Shown here: positions 28,042 to 37,964 of the stretch, piece by piece
Layout: each line of letters begins with the position of its first letter
Numbering within the stretch: the first letter of the stretch is position 1
Origin: an uncultured Clostridia bacterium
GTDB taxonomy: Bacteria; Bacillota; Clostridia; Oscillospirales; Acutalibacteraceae
Direction of reading: 5' to 3'
Length of the DNA: 64,000 nt
Assembly: GCA_946500295.1 (NCBI GenBank)
Contig: CAMMVF010000014.1
Coordinates: 959 to 64,958, forward strand
The notes under the pieces: model-generated
The model's database searches: none
Told to the model about the DNA's origin: nothing
The model's input: only the letters and a program-made list of their open reading frames with translations
Made by a program: the position numbers and the translations under genes

Positions 28042-28740
28042 TTATTTGTCAGATTTCCAAGGCCTTGATTTCCCGAGCCAACCTTTACTGTGCCAGTAGT
28101 TCTTGTCCGCTTCATTAAAACCGTTCTTTTGAGCAATATGCATAACGAAAAAGAACACTCTTGTAATCAATCCCACTCGAACTTTACCGTTGTGTTTCTT
28201 TATTTTTCTTGCCACTCGAGATGTTTTCTTATCAATCTTATTTTTAACTTTATCACTAAGATGAGAATATCTCGTTTCAAAAACAGCGAGACCTATTTTA
28301 TATCTTTTGGTAATTCCCCAAAAGAATAAGCTGTGTGACATATCCTTGTTAGCGGATCTCATACCTGCGCCTGCTGCTGTGGATACGCATACAGCTTGTT
28401 TTGAGAACATTGTTTCTTCAGGACGATGTACCATCCACATATAGCCGTAATGGTCAAGAAGCGCTTTCATTGCCCCGGTGCTGTGAAAAACATAAACAGG
28501 ACTCGCGAGAATAATAACATCAGCTTCAAACATAGCATTTGTAATAGGCTTTAGCTTGGTATAATGGGGGCACATTTTTTCAGATTTTGTAAAACAGTTT
28601 GTACATCCTATGCAAAATTCTCCAAAATCCATTGGAAGAAAAAACTCAGTAATTTCGCCGCCGATTTTGTTTGCCAACATTCTAGCTGTATGATATGTAG
28701 AGCCTTTATGATTCTGACCATTAATAATAACAATTTTCAT
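28042..28740 (-). CDS. Flavodoxin family / NADPH-dependent FMN reductase-like protein
   Basis: MKIVIING..HKGST, CIGCTNC...CPH, ADVIILASPVY; GGAGG RBS. Confidence 0.85.
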   Translation of the reverse strand: MKIVIINGQNHKGSTYHTARMLANKIGGEITEFFLPMDFGEFCIGCTNCFTKSEKMCPHYTKLKPITNAMFEADVIILASPVYVFHSTGAMKALLDHYGYMWMVHRPEETMFSKQAVCVSTAAGAGMRSANKDMSHSLFFWGITKRYKIGLAVFETRYSHLSDKVKNKIDKKTSRVARKIKKHNGKVRVGLITRVFFFVMHIAQKNGFNEADKNYWHSKGWLGKSRPWKSDK

Positions 28741-28849
28741 AAAATCCTCCTGGAACATTATGTTATTTACAACTATATTATATAAACTATATTATCGCAA
28801 TATCTAAAAATAAAGCTCGGCTTAAAAACCGAACCCAAATACAATATTC

Positions 28850-28911
28850 AATTGTTTCACCGAGGTAGCGTAACCTAAATCCAGCATATCTGCCAATTCC
28901 GCCACGCTCGC
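28850..28911. mobile_element. Degenerate second attR-like site (P arm plus decayed tRNA 5' half)
   Basis: 56/62 identical to 27897-27958, with 5 of the 6 changes in the tRNA-derived part. Confidence 0.8.
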
Positions 28912-29160
28912 AAATTTATAAAATGCAAAATGCAGAGTGCATAATGCATAATTATTTATTTAAATTTGAGGTTTTGCAAATTTTTATCAGAATACTGATA
29001 ATTTCATTTATATCTGACTGCAAACTTCAAATTGTAAACTATCAATGTAATTTGTTTTATGAAGTAATTTAATCCAAGCCAAACCGGGGTGACATGCTAG
29101 TTCAGTGCAAATAAGCTTATTACGTCATAAATATAAGGACTTTTACGTATATATGCATTA

Positions 29161-29412
29161 CTAGTCTTCAGCTAGGGCTGATAGCTTTTTGATACACTTT
29201 TCGCAGACCATCTTCCCCTTAAAGCTCGTAATATTATCAGCACTGCCGCAGAATATACAAACAGGACTGTATTTTTTAAGCATTATGCCGTCTTCATCGG
29301 TGAAGACCTCGAACGTGTCCCCTCCGTTAATTTCAAAGGTTTTTCTGATTGGAGCCGGAATAAGGATTCTGCCGAGGTTGTCGATATTACATAAAAATCC
29401 GGCGGGTTTCAT
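29161..29412 (-). CDS. AbrB/SpoVT-family transcriptional regulator
   Basis: IDNLGRILIPAPIRK...LKKY...CIFCG...C. Confidence 0.85.
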   Translation of the reverse strand: MKPAGFLCNIDNLGRILIPAPIRKTFEINGGDTFEVFTDEDGIMLKKYSPVCIFCGSADNITSFKGKMVCEKCIKKLSALAED

Positions 29413-29524
29413 TGTAGCATCCTCCCTTTTAAAAGATAATTATTTTATATTTTGTAGCAATTATACCAATTTATGGCATAATTGTCAAGCCTTGTTCATA
29501 AATTGTTGAAAAATCGGTGATTAT

Positions 29525-30121
29525 ATGATGAATTACATTTGGTCAGGGATAATAATACTTAGCATTATCTATGCGCTTTTCAGCGGCGGTACAGCTGCAG
29601 TGAGCGACAGCGTGTTTGAAGGCTGCAAAAGCGCACTTGCGCTGATTGCGGCAACTGCGGGAATGATGGTGTTTTGGTCTGGAGTGATGAAGGTCGCAGA
29701 CAAAAGCGGGATTACCAAAGCTGTGGCAAGGATATTCTCCCCTGTTTTTAAAAAATTCATGCCCGAACACTGCAATGACAAGGAGATATGCAACGCTGTA
29801 TCCATGAATATCTCAGCAAATCTGCTCGGGCTTGGAAACGCAGCCACCCCGCTCGGACTTGAAGCAATGAGACTAATGAAAGCTAAAACCGGAGGAAATG
29901 AAGCGAGCAATTCCATGGTTATATTTGTAGTGCTTAACACCGCCTCAATACAGCTCGTACCTACTACCGTAGCTGTGCTCAGAAGTGAAAACGGCAGTAC
30001 AGACCCCATGGGAATAATAGTAAATGTCTGGCTTTGCTCTGCGGCGGCGCTCATTGTTGGAATAACAATGGCGAAAATACTTGAAAAAAGCAAGCCCAGC
30101 TCAAGGAGATTATCAAGGTGA
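29525..30121 (+). CDS. spmA: Spore maturation protein A
   Basis: ANLLGLGNAATPLGL, VVLNTASIQLVPTT. Confidence 0.9.
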   Translation: MMNYIWSGIIILSIIYALFSGGTAAVSDSVFEGCKSALALIAATAGMMVFWSGVMKVADKSGITKAVARIFSPVFKKFMPEHCNDKEICNAVSMNISANLLGLGNAATPLGLEAMRLMKAKTGGNEASNSMVIFVVLNTASIQLVPTTVAVLRSENGSTDPMGIIVNVWLCSAAALIVGITMAKILEKSKPSSRRLSR

Positions 30122-30633
30122 ATATAGGTATATATGTGATCCCCTGCGTACTGCTTATTATTCTCTTAACCGCTCTGATAAAAAGGGTAGCGGTTTTTGA
30201 ATCCTTTTTAGAGGGAGCACGTGCAGGGATAGGCTCGGTTTTTAAGATAGCGCCCTCGATTATCGGGCTTGTCTGCGCAGTGACCATGCTGCGCTCCAGC
30301 GGGCTTTTGGACGCCGTTATCTCCCTTCTCTCCCCCGTATTAGAACCGCTCGGCTTCCCTGCCGAACTCACACCTCTCGCATTAGTCCGCCCGGTGTCGG
30401 GAAGCGGAGCGCTGGCTGTACTCGATGACATATACAGAAGCTTCGGCGCTGACAGTTTTATAGGAAAAGCAGCCAGCGTGATGATGGGTTCGACCGAAAC
30501 CACCTTCTATGCTATTGCCGTTTACTATGGCAGCGTCGGCATAAGCAAAACCCGCCACACAGTGCCCTCGGCGCTGATGGCGGATTTTACGGGAATGGCT
30601 GCGGCTGTGCTCAGCGTCAGGCTGCTGGGATAA
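30118..30633 (+). CDS. spmB: Spore maturation protein B
   Basis: LVRPVSGSG, MGSTETTFY, KTRHT. Confidence 0.9.
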   Translation: MNIGIYVIPCVLLIILLTALIKRVAVFESFLEGARAGIGSVFKIAPSIIGLVCAVTMLRSSGLLDAVISLLSPVLEPLGFPAELTPLALVRPVSGSGALAVLDDIYRSFGADSFIGKAASVMMGSTETTFYAIAVYYGSVGISKTRHTVPSALMADFTGMAAAVLSVRLLG

Positions 30634-32043
30634 TCAGCTTTTACCCTCACGCTTGGGAAGTCTGAACACCTTGTGCAGCAGGGCTTTTCCGTTGAAAGGA
30701 ATAAGAGGATATAGATATCCCTTGCCGGAAACTGTCTTATTGGTTAAAACGGCAAAGCAAACAAAAGCGAAACCCAAAACAAAGCCTATTACACCAAAAA
30801 GCTCTATAAAAACAAGCCAGATAACCCTCATAAATTTCAATGCATAGCTCAGCTCGTAGCTGGGCTGTGAATAGTTTGCAATGGCCACAAACGCCATATA
30901 AAGTATCGCCTCACTGCAAAACCAGCCGGAGCTAACCGCAAAGTCGCTCAAAGCTATAGCGCCGATTATACTCACGGCGGTACTGAGGGTTGAAGGGGTG
31001 TTGAGCGAGGCAAGCCGCAGACCGTCTATGGCTATTTCCAGGATAATCAGCTGCCAGAATATAGGGACATGGATCTCCTCAGTCACAAGCACAAAGCTAA
31101 AAGCGTTGGGAACATTGCCGGGATATTTAAGCGCAAGCAGCCAAATCGGAGTAATTACCAAGGCGGCTAATGTCACTATAAGCCTTGCAAGTCTCAGGTA
31201 AGTTCCTGTTATCGGGGAAAAGTAGTAATCTCCTGCATCCTCCATTACATCAAAGATCGAGGTTGGCAAAACGAGAGCCGAGGGCGAGTTATCCACCAAG
31301 ATAACTATATTTCCCTCGAGCAGTGCAGACGCCGCTGAGTCGGGCCGCTCGGTATATTTAATTTTCGGAAACGGATTATACCATTTCCTCCCGAACATAA
31401 GCTCGACAAGGCTCTCCTGGTTCATCGTCAGAGAATCACAGTCAATACTGTTTAGCTTTGATTTAATCTTATCAAGGAGCTTTTTATCAGCCCTGCCGTC
31501 CATATACATAAGCGCAATATCGGTTTTAGAGCTCTTCCCTATTACAAAGGATTTAACTATAAGCTCAGGCGAGCGTATTCTGCGGCGAATCAGTCCCGTG
31601 TTGGCTATCAGCGTTTCCACAAAGCCGTCGTGACTGCCCACCAGAACCTTGTCCCTTTCAGGCTCTGCTGTGTCTCTTTGAGGGTAGGTTCTGCCGTCGA
31701 TCAAAATAGCCTTATCAAAGCCGTCTATTATTAACGCCGAGACGCCAGCAAAAACATTGGCGGCAATCTTATGCTCGTCATGCTCGGTAGAAGCCTCAAG
31801 GTTGGGCATACAGCACTCTAAAAAGCTGTCGGCGCTGCGCATGAAGCTTTCGTCATTGACGGAGTAGATATATTCAAGCACCTTCTCCATCACGCTGTCC
31901 TTTATCAAGCCATCTACAAAGTAAAGCCTTGCTTTTCTGCCGTTAATTTGCAGCCTGCGGTCTATAAGGTCAAAGCTCTCACCGCTGTTAAGCACATTTT
32001 CAAGTATGATTACATTGCTCTTTAAATCTGTACACAGAGACAC
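30634..32043 (-). CDS. GerA/SpoVAF-family spore germination protein
   Basis: GSHDGFVETL, TERPD, LVDNSP, AIDGLRLASL. Confidence 0.85.
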   Translation of the reverse strand: MSLCTDLKSNVIILENVLNSGESFDLIDRRLQINGRKARLYFVDGLIKDSVMEKVLEYIYSVNDESFMRSADSFLECCMPNLEASTEHDEHKIAANVFAGVSALIIDGFDKAILIDGRTYPQRDTAEPERDKVLVGSHDGFVETLIANTGLIRRRIRSPELIVKSFVIGKSSKTDIALMYMDGRADKKLLDKIKSKLNSIDCDSLTMNQESLVELMFGRKWYNPFPKIKYTERPDSAASALLEGNIVILVDNSPSALVLPTSIFDVMEDAGDYYFSPITGTYLRLARLIVTLAALVITPIWLLALKYPGNVPNAFSFVLVTEEIHVPIFWQLIILEIAIDGLRLASLNTPSTLSTAVSIIGAIALSDFAVSSGWFCSEAILYMAFVAIANYSQPSYELSYALKFMRVIWLVFIELFGVIGFVLGFAFVCFAVLTNKTVSGKGYLYPLIPFNGKALLHKVFRLPKREGKS

Positions 32044-32164
32044 GCTACCACTCCTTTGAGCTTATTATGCCAAAAAAGCAAAAAAATACCCTGAGCAATT
32101 CAAATCGCTCAGGGTATTTCACTGTCACTTTAGCCTTATACAGTGTCTCTCACGGAAGCCCGCA

Positions 32165-33946
32165 TTACTGCACTGATTCAAGCTCTATGCCAAGCTCCTT
32201 GAGCTGCTCGTCATCAACCGGAGAGGGAGCGTTGGTCATCAGCTCGCTTGCGTTTTGCACCTTCGGGAAGGCGACAACGTCTCTGAGTGTAGAGGCACCA
32301 ACCATCTGCATGACAAGCCTGTCAAGTCCGATTCCCATTCCGCCGTGGGGCGGTGCGCCGTACTTAAATGCGTTTGTAAGGAAGCCAAACTTAGCCTCTA
32401 TCTCTTCGTCCGTCATTCCAAGCATATCAAACATCTTTTTCTGAAGCTCGGGGTTAGTAATTCTGATTGAACCCGAGGACAGCTCAACTCCGTTTAATAC
32501 CATGTCGTATGCTTTTGCGTAAACCTGACTTTTATCCGAATCGAGCTTATCAAGGCAATCATCGGTCGGTGAGGTAAAGGGATGGTGCATAGCGACCCAC
32601 TCGCCGGTTTCTTCGTCCTTCTCAAAGAACGGGAATTCAACCACCCAAAGGAAGTTAAAGCCCTCGGAGATGATATCAAGTCTCTTGGCTACGGTAAGTC
32701 TCAAGGCCCCTAAAACCGAGAGCACAAGGCTGCGGTTTGTATCGGCTACGATAAACACAACGTCTCCCTTTTCCGCTCCGGCTCTGTCGAGGATTGCCTC
32801 CATCTCGCTGTCGGTCATAAACTTTGCAAAACTCGAGGCTATACCGTCGTCTGTCATTCTTATATAGGCAAGGCCCTTAGCTCCTATTCCCCTCGCCTGC
32901 TCGGTGAGCTTATCTATCTCCTTGCGGCTGTAGGTCTTTACGGCGTTTTTAGCTGTGAAGGCTCTTACAATACCGCCTCCGTCAATCGCAGACTTAAACA
33001 CGCCAAAGGAGCAGTCCTTGACGATATCGGTAAGGTCATAAAGCTCCATTCCAAAGCGTGTATCGGGCTTATCTGAACCATAGCGTTCCATAACCTCGTC
33101 GTACTTATATCTCGGGAACGGGGTAGGAATATCTACATCCAACACCTCTTTAAACAGCCTCTTTATATATCCCTCGGTCAAAGAGAGGATATCCTCCATA
33201 TCGACAAAGGACATCTCATAGTCAATCTGAGTGAACTCAGGCTGGCGGTCTGCTCTCAAGTCCTCGTCACGGAAACAGCGGGCAATCTGCATATATCTGT
33301 CAAAGCCCGCAACCATGCAGAGCTGTTTGTACATCTGTGGCGACTGCGGAAGAGCATAAAAGCTTCCCTTGTGTATTCTGGACGGAACAAGGAAATCCCT
33401 CGCTCCTTCAGGTGTAGATTTGATGAGCATTGGTGTTTCTATCTCGACAAAGCCGTTCTCGTCAAAATAATCCCTGGTTACCTTCGCTATCTTATGGCGC
33501 AGCAGAATGTTTCGCTGTAAATCGGGACGGCGCAAATCAAGATAACGGTACTCAAGTCGGGTGCTCTCGCCGGTTTTACAGCTTTCAACTATCTCGAAGG
33601 GAGGGGTTTCGCTCTCGTTTAAGATTCTCAGCTCATCCACCCTTATCTCGACCTCGCCCGTGGGAATATCCGGATTTTTTGCGCTTCTCTCGCACACAGT
33701 GCCGACTACGCCGAGAACATATTCGCTCCTGACGGTTGACGCCTTTTCAAATATCGCCCTGTCGGTGTTCTCATCAAAGGCGAGCTGAACTATGCCCGTA
33801 CGATCCCTGAGGTCTATAAAAATCAACTGTCCGAGGTCTCTCTGTCTTTGAACCCAGCCGAACACAGTTACCTGCTGTCCGACATTGCCGATGTTCAGTT
33901 CTCCGCAATAATTGCTCCTTTTCATTCCCGTCATAAATTCTGCCAT
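32165..33946 (-). CDS. aspS: Aspartyl-tRNA synthetase
   Basis: FIDLRDRTG, STPEGARDF, RQPEFTQID, GAPPHGG. Confidence 0.97.
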   Translation of the reverse strand: MAEFMTGMKRSNYCGELNIGNVGQQVTVFGWVQRQRDLGQLIFIDLRDRTGIVQLAFDENTDRAIFEKASTVRSEYVLGVVGTVCERSAKNPDIPTGEVEIRVDELRILNESETPPFEIVESCKTGESTRLEYRYLDLRRPDLQRNILLRHKIAKVTRDYFDENGFVEIETPMLIKSTPEGARDFLVPSRIHKGSFYALPQSPQMYKQLCMVAGFDRYMQIARCFRDEDLRADRQPEFTQIDYEMSFVDMEDILSLTEGYIKRLFKEVLDVDIPTPFPRYKYDEVMERYGSDKPDTRFGMELYDLTDIVKDCSFGVFKSAIDGGGIVRAFTAKNAVKTYSRKEIDKLTEQARGIGAKGLAYIRMTDDGIASSFAKFMTDSEMEAILDRAGAEKGDVVFIVADTNRSLVLSVLGALRLTVAKRLDIISEGFNFLWVVEFPFFEKDEETGEWVAMHHPFTSPTDDCLDKLDSDKSQVYAKAYDMVLNGVELSSGSIRITNPELQKKMFDMLGMTDEEIEAKFGFLTNAFKYGAPPHGGMGIGLDRLVMQMVGASTLRDVVAFPKVQNASELMTNAPSPVDDEQLKELGIELESVQ

Positions 33947-33960
33947 TTCTATTCCCCCGC

Positions 33961-35283
33961 TTAATCCTTTTTATCCTCTTTATTCAGAAAAACAGCCTTA
34001 GCCGAGTTATGTGCGCTGGCTGAAATAAATTCATTGAGAAAACGCCCGTCGAGGCTTATCTCAGTCTTTTCTCCGCTCTCCATATTCTTGAGCTCAGCCT
34101 TATTTGAGTCGATCTCGTTGTCGCCGAGCACGAGGCTGAACTTGGCTCCAATCTTGTCGGCGTACTTCATCTGCGCTCTCAGGCTTCTGCCGACTATATC
34201 GGTTTCGGCGTGCATTGAAGTGCTCCTCACCTGAGCCAAAAGCTCAAACGCCTTTGACTGAGAGCGCTTGCCCATAGTGGCGATGTATAGCTCGCACTCA
34301 TCATTATTCGGGATTTCAGCGCCCATGGCTTCAAGCAGGGCGAGCAATCTCTCGATTCCAAGAGCGAAGCCCAAAGACGGCAAATGCTGACCGCCGAGCT
34401 CCTCAATCAGCCCGTCGTATCTTCCGCCGCCGCAGACCGTGCCCTGAGCGCCGAGCTCGTCGGTGACAAACTCAAACACCGTGCGTGTGTAGTAGTCAAG
34501 TCCTCTGACGATTTTGGGATTTATGCTGTATTTTACCCCTGCGCTATCAAGCAATGATTTTACTTCCTCGAAGTGCTCTTTACAATCGTCACAGATATAA
34601 TCGAGAACAACAGGAGCGCCCTTGGCAATCTCAGAGCAAACGGGACTTTTGCAGTCCAAAATTCTCATCGGATTTCTCTCTAGACGAGAAAGACAGGTCT
34701 CGCAAAGCTGATCCTTATACTGAGAGAAATACTCCTTGAGAGCCTCGTAGTACTTAGCCCTGCACTCAGGGCAGCCGATGGAGTTTAGCTCGAGCCTGAG
34801 CTTATCGCCTATATAAAGTCTGTCAAATATGCTCTGAGCGGCGCAGATCATCTCTGCATCAGCCGCCGGGCTTTCGCTGCCGTAGGTTTCCATGCCGAAC
34901 TGGTGGAACTCACGGTAGCGGTTAGCCTGCTTTTTCTCATAGCGGTAGCAGGGCGTTATGTAGTAAACCTTGACCGGAAGTCCGTCGTTGTAAAGAGCGT
35001 GCTCTAAAAGCGCTCTGGCCGCTCCTGCCGTACCCTCGGGCTTGAGCGTAAGAGAAGTGCCTCCCTTGGTGTTAAAGGTGTACATCTCCTTTTGCACTAT
35101 ATCGGTAGTATCGCCTACTCCCCTTTGAAAAAGCTCGGTGTGCTCGAACACCGGCGTGCGTATTTCTTTAAAGCCGTAGGCGCTCGCTTCGCTTCTCATA
35201 AGCTGCTCAAGGAACTGCCACTTGTAGCTGTCCTTCGGCAAGACGTCCTCGGCGCCGTAAACTCTCTTGGTAATGAGTGCCAT
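33961..35283 (-). CDS. hisS: Histidyl-tRNA synthetase
   Basis: RTPVFEHTELF, KPEGTA, VRGLDYYT, GGGRYDGL. Confidence 0.97.
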   Translation of the reverse strand: MALITKRVYGAEDVLPKDSYKWQFLEQLMRSEASAYGFKEIRTPVFEHTELFQRGVGDTTDIVQKEMYTFNTKGGTSLTLKPEGTAGAARALLEHALYNDGLPVKVYYITPCYRYEKKQANRYREFHQFGMETYGSESPAADAEMICAAQSIFDRLYIGDKLRLELNSIGCPECRAKYYEALKEYFSQYKDQLCETCLSRLERNPMRILDCKSPVCSEIAKGAPVVLDYICDDCKEHFEEVKSLLDSAGVKYSINPKIVRGLDYYTRTVFEFVTDELGAQGTVCGGGRYDGLIEELGGQHLPSLGFALGIERLLALLEAMGAEIPNNDECELYIATMGKRSQSKAFELLAQVRSTSMHAETDIVGRSLRAQMKYADKIGAKFSLVLGDNEIDSNKAELKNMESGEKTEISLDGRFLNEFISASAHNSAKAVFLNKEDKKD

Positions 35284-35505
35284 ATAAAAATCCTCCGATT
35301 GCTAAATAAAATAATCCGCATTGTGCGTACACGGTATTATTTTATCACAAACCGGAGGATATTGCAGTAGTTTGGGAAAAAATATTTTCTATGACTTAAA
35401 AGAAATTCTCCACAAAATTTGATAAAATTAGATTTTGCCCTTTTCAAATCTGTGGATATATTATATTATTATTAATGTAAAAACAGCGGCAAAGGAGGAA
35501 GATTT

Positions 35506-36198
35506 ATGCCCGACGATAAGGGACTTCACTCAGGACACAGAAACAGAATGAGGGAAAAATTCATTCACACCTCGCTCGACGGGTTTGAAACCCACGAGGC
35601 GCTCGAGCTGCTGCTTTACTATGCTATTCCACGCAAAGACACCAACCCCATAGCCCATAAGCTGCTCGATGATTTTGGCTCGCTGTCGGCTGTGTTTGAC
35701 GCACCGCTGGACAGCCTGAAGCAGAGCGGGCTGAGCGAAAATGCAGCGGTTTTTATAAAGCTGATTCCAAATATTTGCAGGCTTTATTTAGACGACAAAA
35801 ACAGCGGAGATAAGGTGGTTGACGTATCAAATATCGGTGACAGGCTGGTGCATAAATTCATAGGGCGAGATTATGAGACTGTCTATCTTTTGCTGCTCGA
35901 CGCTAAGTGCAAGGAGCTGTACTGTGGAATTATCAACAAGGGTTCAGTAAATTCCACCGACTTATATGTGCGCTCAGTGATTGAGAAGATAATGATGTAC
36001 AACGCAGTTTACGCCGTGCTCGCACACAACCACCCGAGCGGACTTGCCCTCCCCTCTGTCGCAGATATCAATACCACCATAAGCCTTGCAAAATCACTTC
36101 GCTTAGTCGGCACAAGACTTTTGGACCACATAGTAGTGGCGGACGAGGACTATGTTTCGATGAAGCAGTCACATCTTTGCGACGAAGCTTTTACATAA
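35506..36198 (+). CDS. radC: RadC (JAB domain) protein
   Basis: GHRNRMR, ELLLYYAIPRKDT, AHNHPSG, LLDHIVV. Confidence 0.9.
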   Translation: MPDDKGLHSGHRNRMREKFIHTSLDGFETHEALELLLYYAIPRKDTNPIAHKLLDDFGSLSAVFDAPLDSLKQSGLSENAAVFIKLIPNICRLYLDDKNSGDKVVDVSNIGDRLVHKFIGRDYETVYLLLLDAKCKELYCGIINKGSVNSTDLYVRSVIEKIMMYNAVYAVLAHNHPSGLALPSVADINTTISLAKSLRLVGTRLLDHIVVADEDYVSMKQSHLCDEAFT

Positions 36199-36224
36199 AA
36201 CATAGCATAAGTACAATTATATAT

Positions 36225-36265
36225 AAAACGGCGTTCGGCAGCTATAACCGCCGAACGCCGTTTTT
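36225..36265. terminator. Bidirectional terminator between radC and pfkA
   Basis: aaaacggcgttcggc / gccgaacgccgtttt. Confidence 0.7.
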
Positions 36266-36820
36266 ATTACAATTAGCCCTGCCCATATAAGCTCCCAATA
36301 ACAAATCGAAAGCTTATTCTGCGTTAAAAATCTCGTCTTTTAGCTGGCTTACAACGAACTCATAGACATTATTGCTTATATCACCGCACTTGAGCATAGT
36401 CATCAGCTTGTATGCTGTCATAATGAGGCTACACTCTTCTGCTGTAACCTCATTCAAATTTATATTTTTTACCGCTTCTTTGTCTTTATTCACAATATCG
36501 CTCCTCTCGCAGGTGTTTGTAAAATTTCAAATCCGACAATTTTATCCACATACTAAATCATTATTTTACAACGTGTGAAATATTATCTCTGTGATAATTA
36601 TACACTTACGAGAGTGAATTTTCAAGTTTTATTGAAGTATTTTCAACAATCTTGTCAAAATTTAAATCTTCGCCTGTGTGACAAGCTCGTTTGAGCACAC
36701 TGCAACGATTGCAAAATTAAAAACCGCACCTATGTAATTTATCAAGAAGCTTCATCTGTCAACAAAAAAGGCCGGATATATATCCGACCTAAATCTGCTG
36801 TGAACTTTTATATGTAGAAA

Positions 36821-37789
36821 TCAAATAGAAATCTCCATGGCTATCTTGTAAAGGTCATAATCGAACTTGCGCTTCATATTCAAAGCCTCAGTAATATCGA
36901 AGTCAACAATCTTGCTGTCAACCATGGCTACAACACGGTTGCCTATACCCTGTGAAAGCAGCTCGACTGCCTTATGACCCATAGCGCTGGCTACAACACG
37001 ATCTCTGAGTGTTGGAGAGCCGCCGCGCTGTACATGACCCAAAACAGTTGCTCTGGATTCAATACCGGTCTTAGCCTCTATTGTCTTTGCAAGCTCCTCT
37101 ACTCCGCCTACTCCCTCAGCTACAACGATGATAAAGTGCTTCTTGCCGCTGCGCTGTGAAGAAAGCATACGCTGGATTACGTCCTTATCTAGGTCAAAGG
37201 GAACTTCGGGAACAAGAATTGATGTTGCTCCTATTGCAATACCCGTCTGCAAAGCGATATCGCCGCAACGTCTTCCCATTACCTCTACAACGCTGCATCT
37301 GTCATGTGACTGAGCAGTGTCTCTGATTTTATCCACCATCTGCATTGCGGTGTTCATGGCGGTGTCAAAGCCAACTGTGTACTCGCTGCAGGCGATGTCG
37401 TTGTCAATAGTTCCCGGGATTCCTACACAGGGAATACCCTCGCCTGTGAGGTCTCTTGCGCCTCTGAACGAGCCGTCTCCTCCGATTACAACTACACCCT
37501 TTACACCAAGCTCACGGCAGGTGTCGGCTGCCTTCTTTACACCGGCAGGGGTGTTGTACTCTTCACTTCTGGCAGTGTAGAGAATTGTTCCGCCGATATG
37601 AATTATATTTGAAACCGAACGCAGGTTCATCTCGAAAACATCGCCGTTGAGCAGACCGTTGTAACCTCTGTGCACTCCAATAACCTTCATACCCTTTTGA
37701 ATAGCAGAGCGGGTTACAGCTCTTACGGCTGCGTTCATTCCCGGCGCATCGCCTCCGCTTGTTAATACAGCAATAGCTTCTTGTGACAT
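36821..37789 (-). CDS. pfkA: 6-phosphofructokinase
   Basis: LTSGGDAPGMNAA, GGDGS, PGTIDND, EVMGR, LGHVQRGG. Confidence 0.97.
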   Translation of the reverse strand: MSQEAIAVLTSGGDAPGMNAAVRAVTRSAIQKGMKVIGVHRGYNGLLNGDVFEMNLRSVSNIIHIGGTILYTARSEEYNTPAGVKKAADTCRELGVKGVVVIGGDGSFRGARDLTGEGIPCVGIPGTIDNDIACSEYTVGFDTAMNTAMQMVDKIRDTAQSHDRCSVVEVMGRRCGDIALQTGIAIGATSILVPEVPFDLDKDVIQRMLSSQRSGKKHFIIVVAEGVGGVEELAKTIEAKTGIESRATVLGHVQRGGSPTLRDRVVASAMGHKAVELLSQGIGNRVVAMVDSKIVDFDITEALNMKRKFDYDLYKIAMEISI

Positions 37790-37964
37790 AAACAGAACCT
37801 CCGATATATACAAAATTTGATATGCTTTCTTTTCACTCAGCTATTATTATAGTACAGAAGCCCGATGATAATCAAGCCTTTTTTACCCTTTTTTTAAAAA
37901 ATGTTAAAGGTTTAACAAGGATTTACTTTGATTTTACATAAGTGAAATTGCCGGATAATAAAAT

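Noticed and set aside
35284-35400. T-box leader for hisS-aspS
   Set aside because: No T-box consensus or leader terminator is visible.
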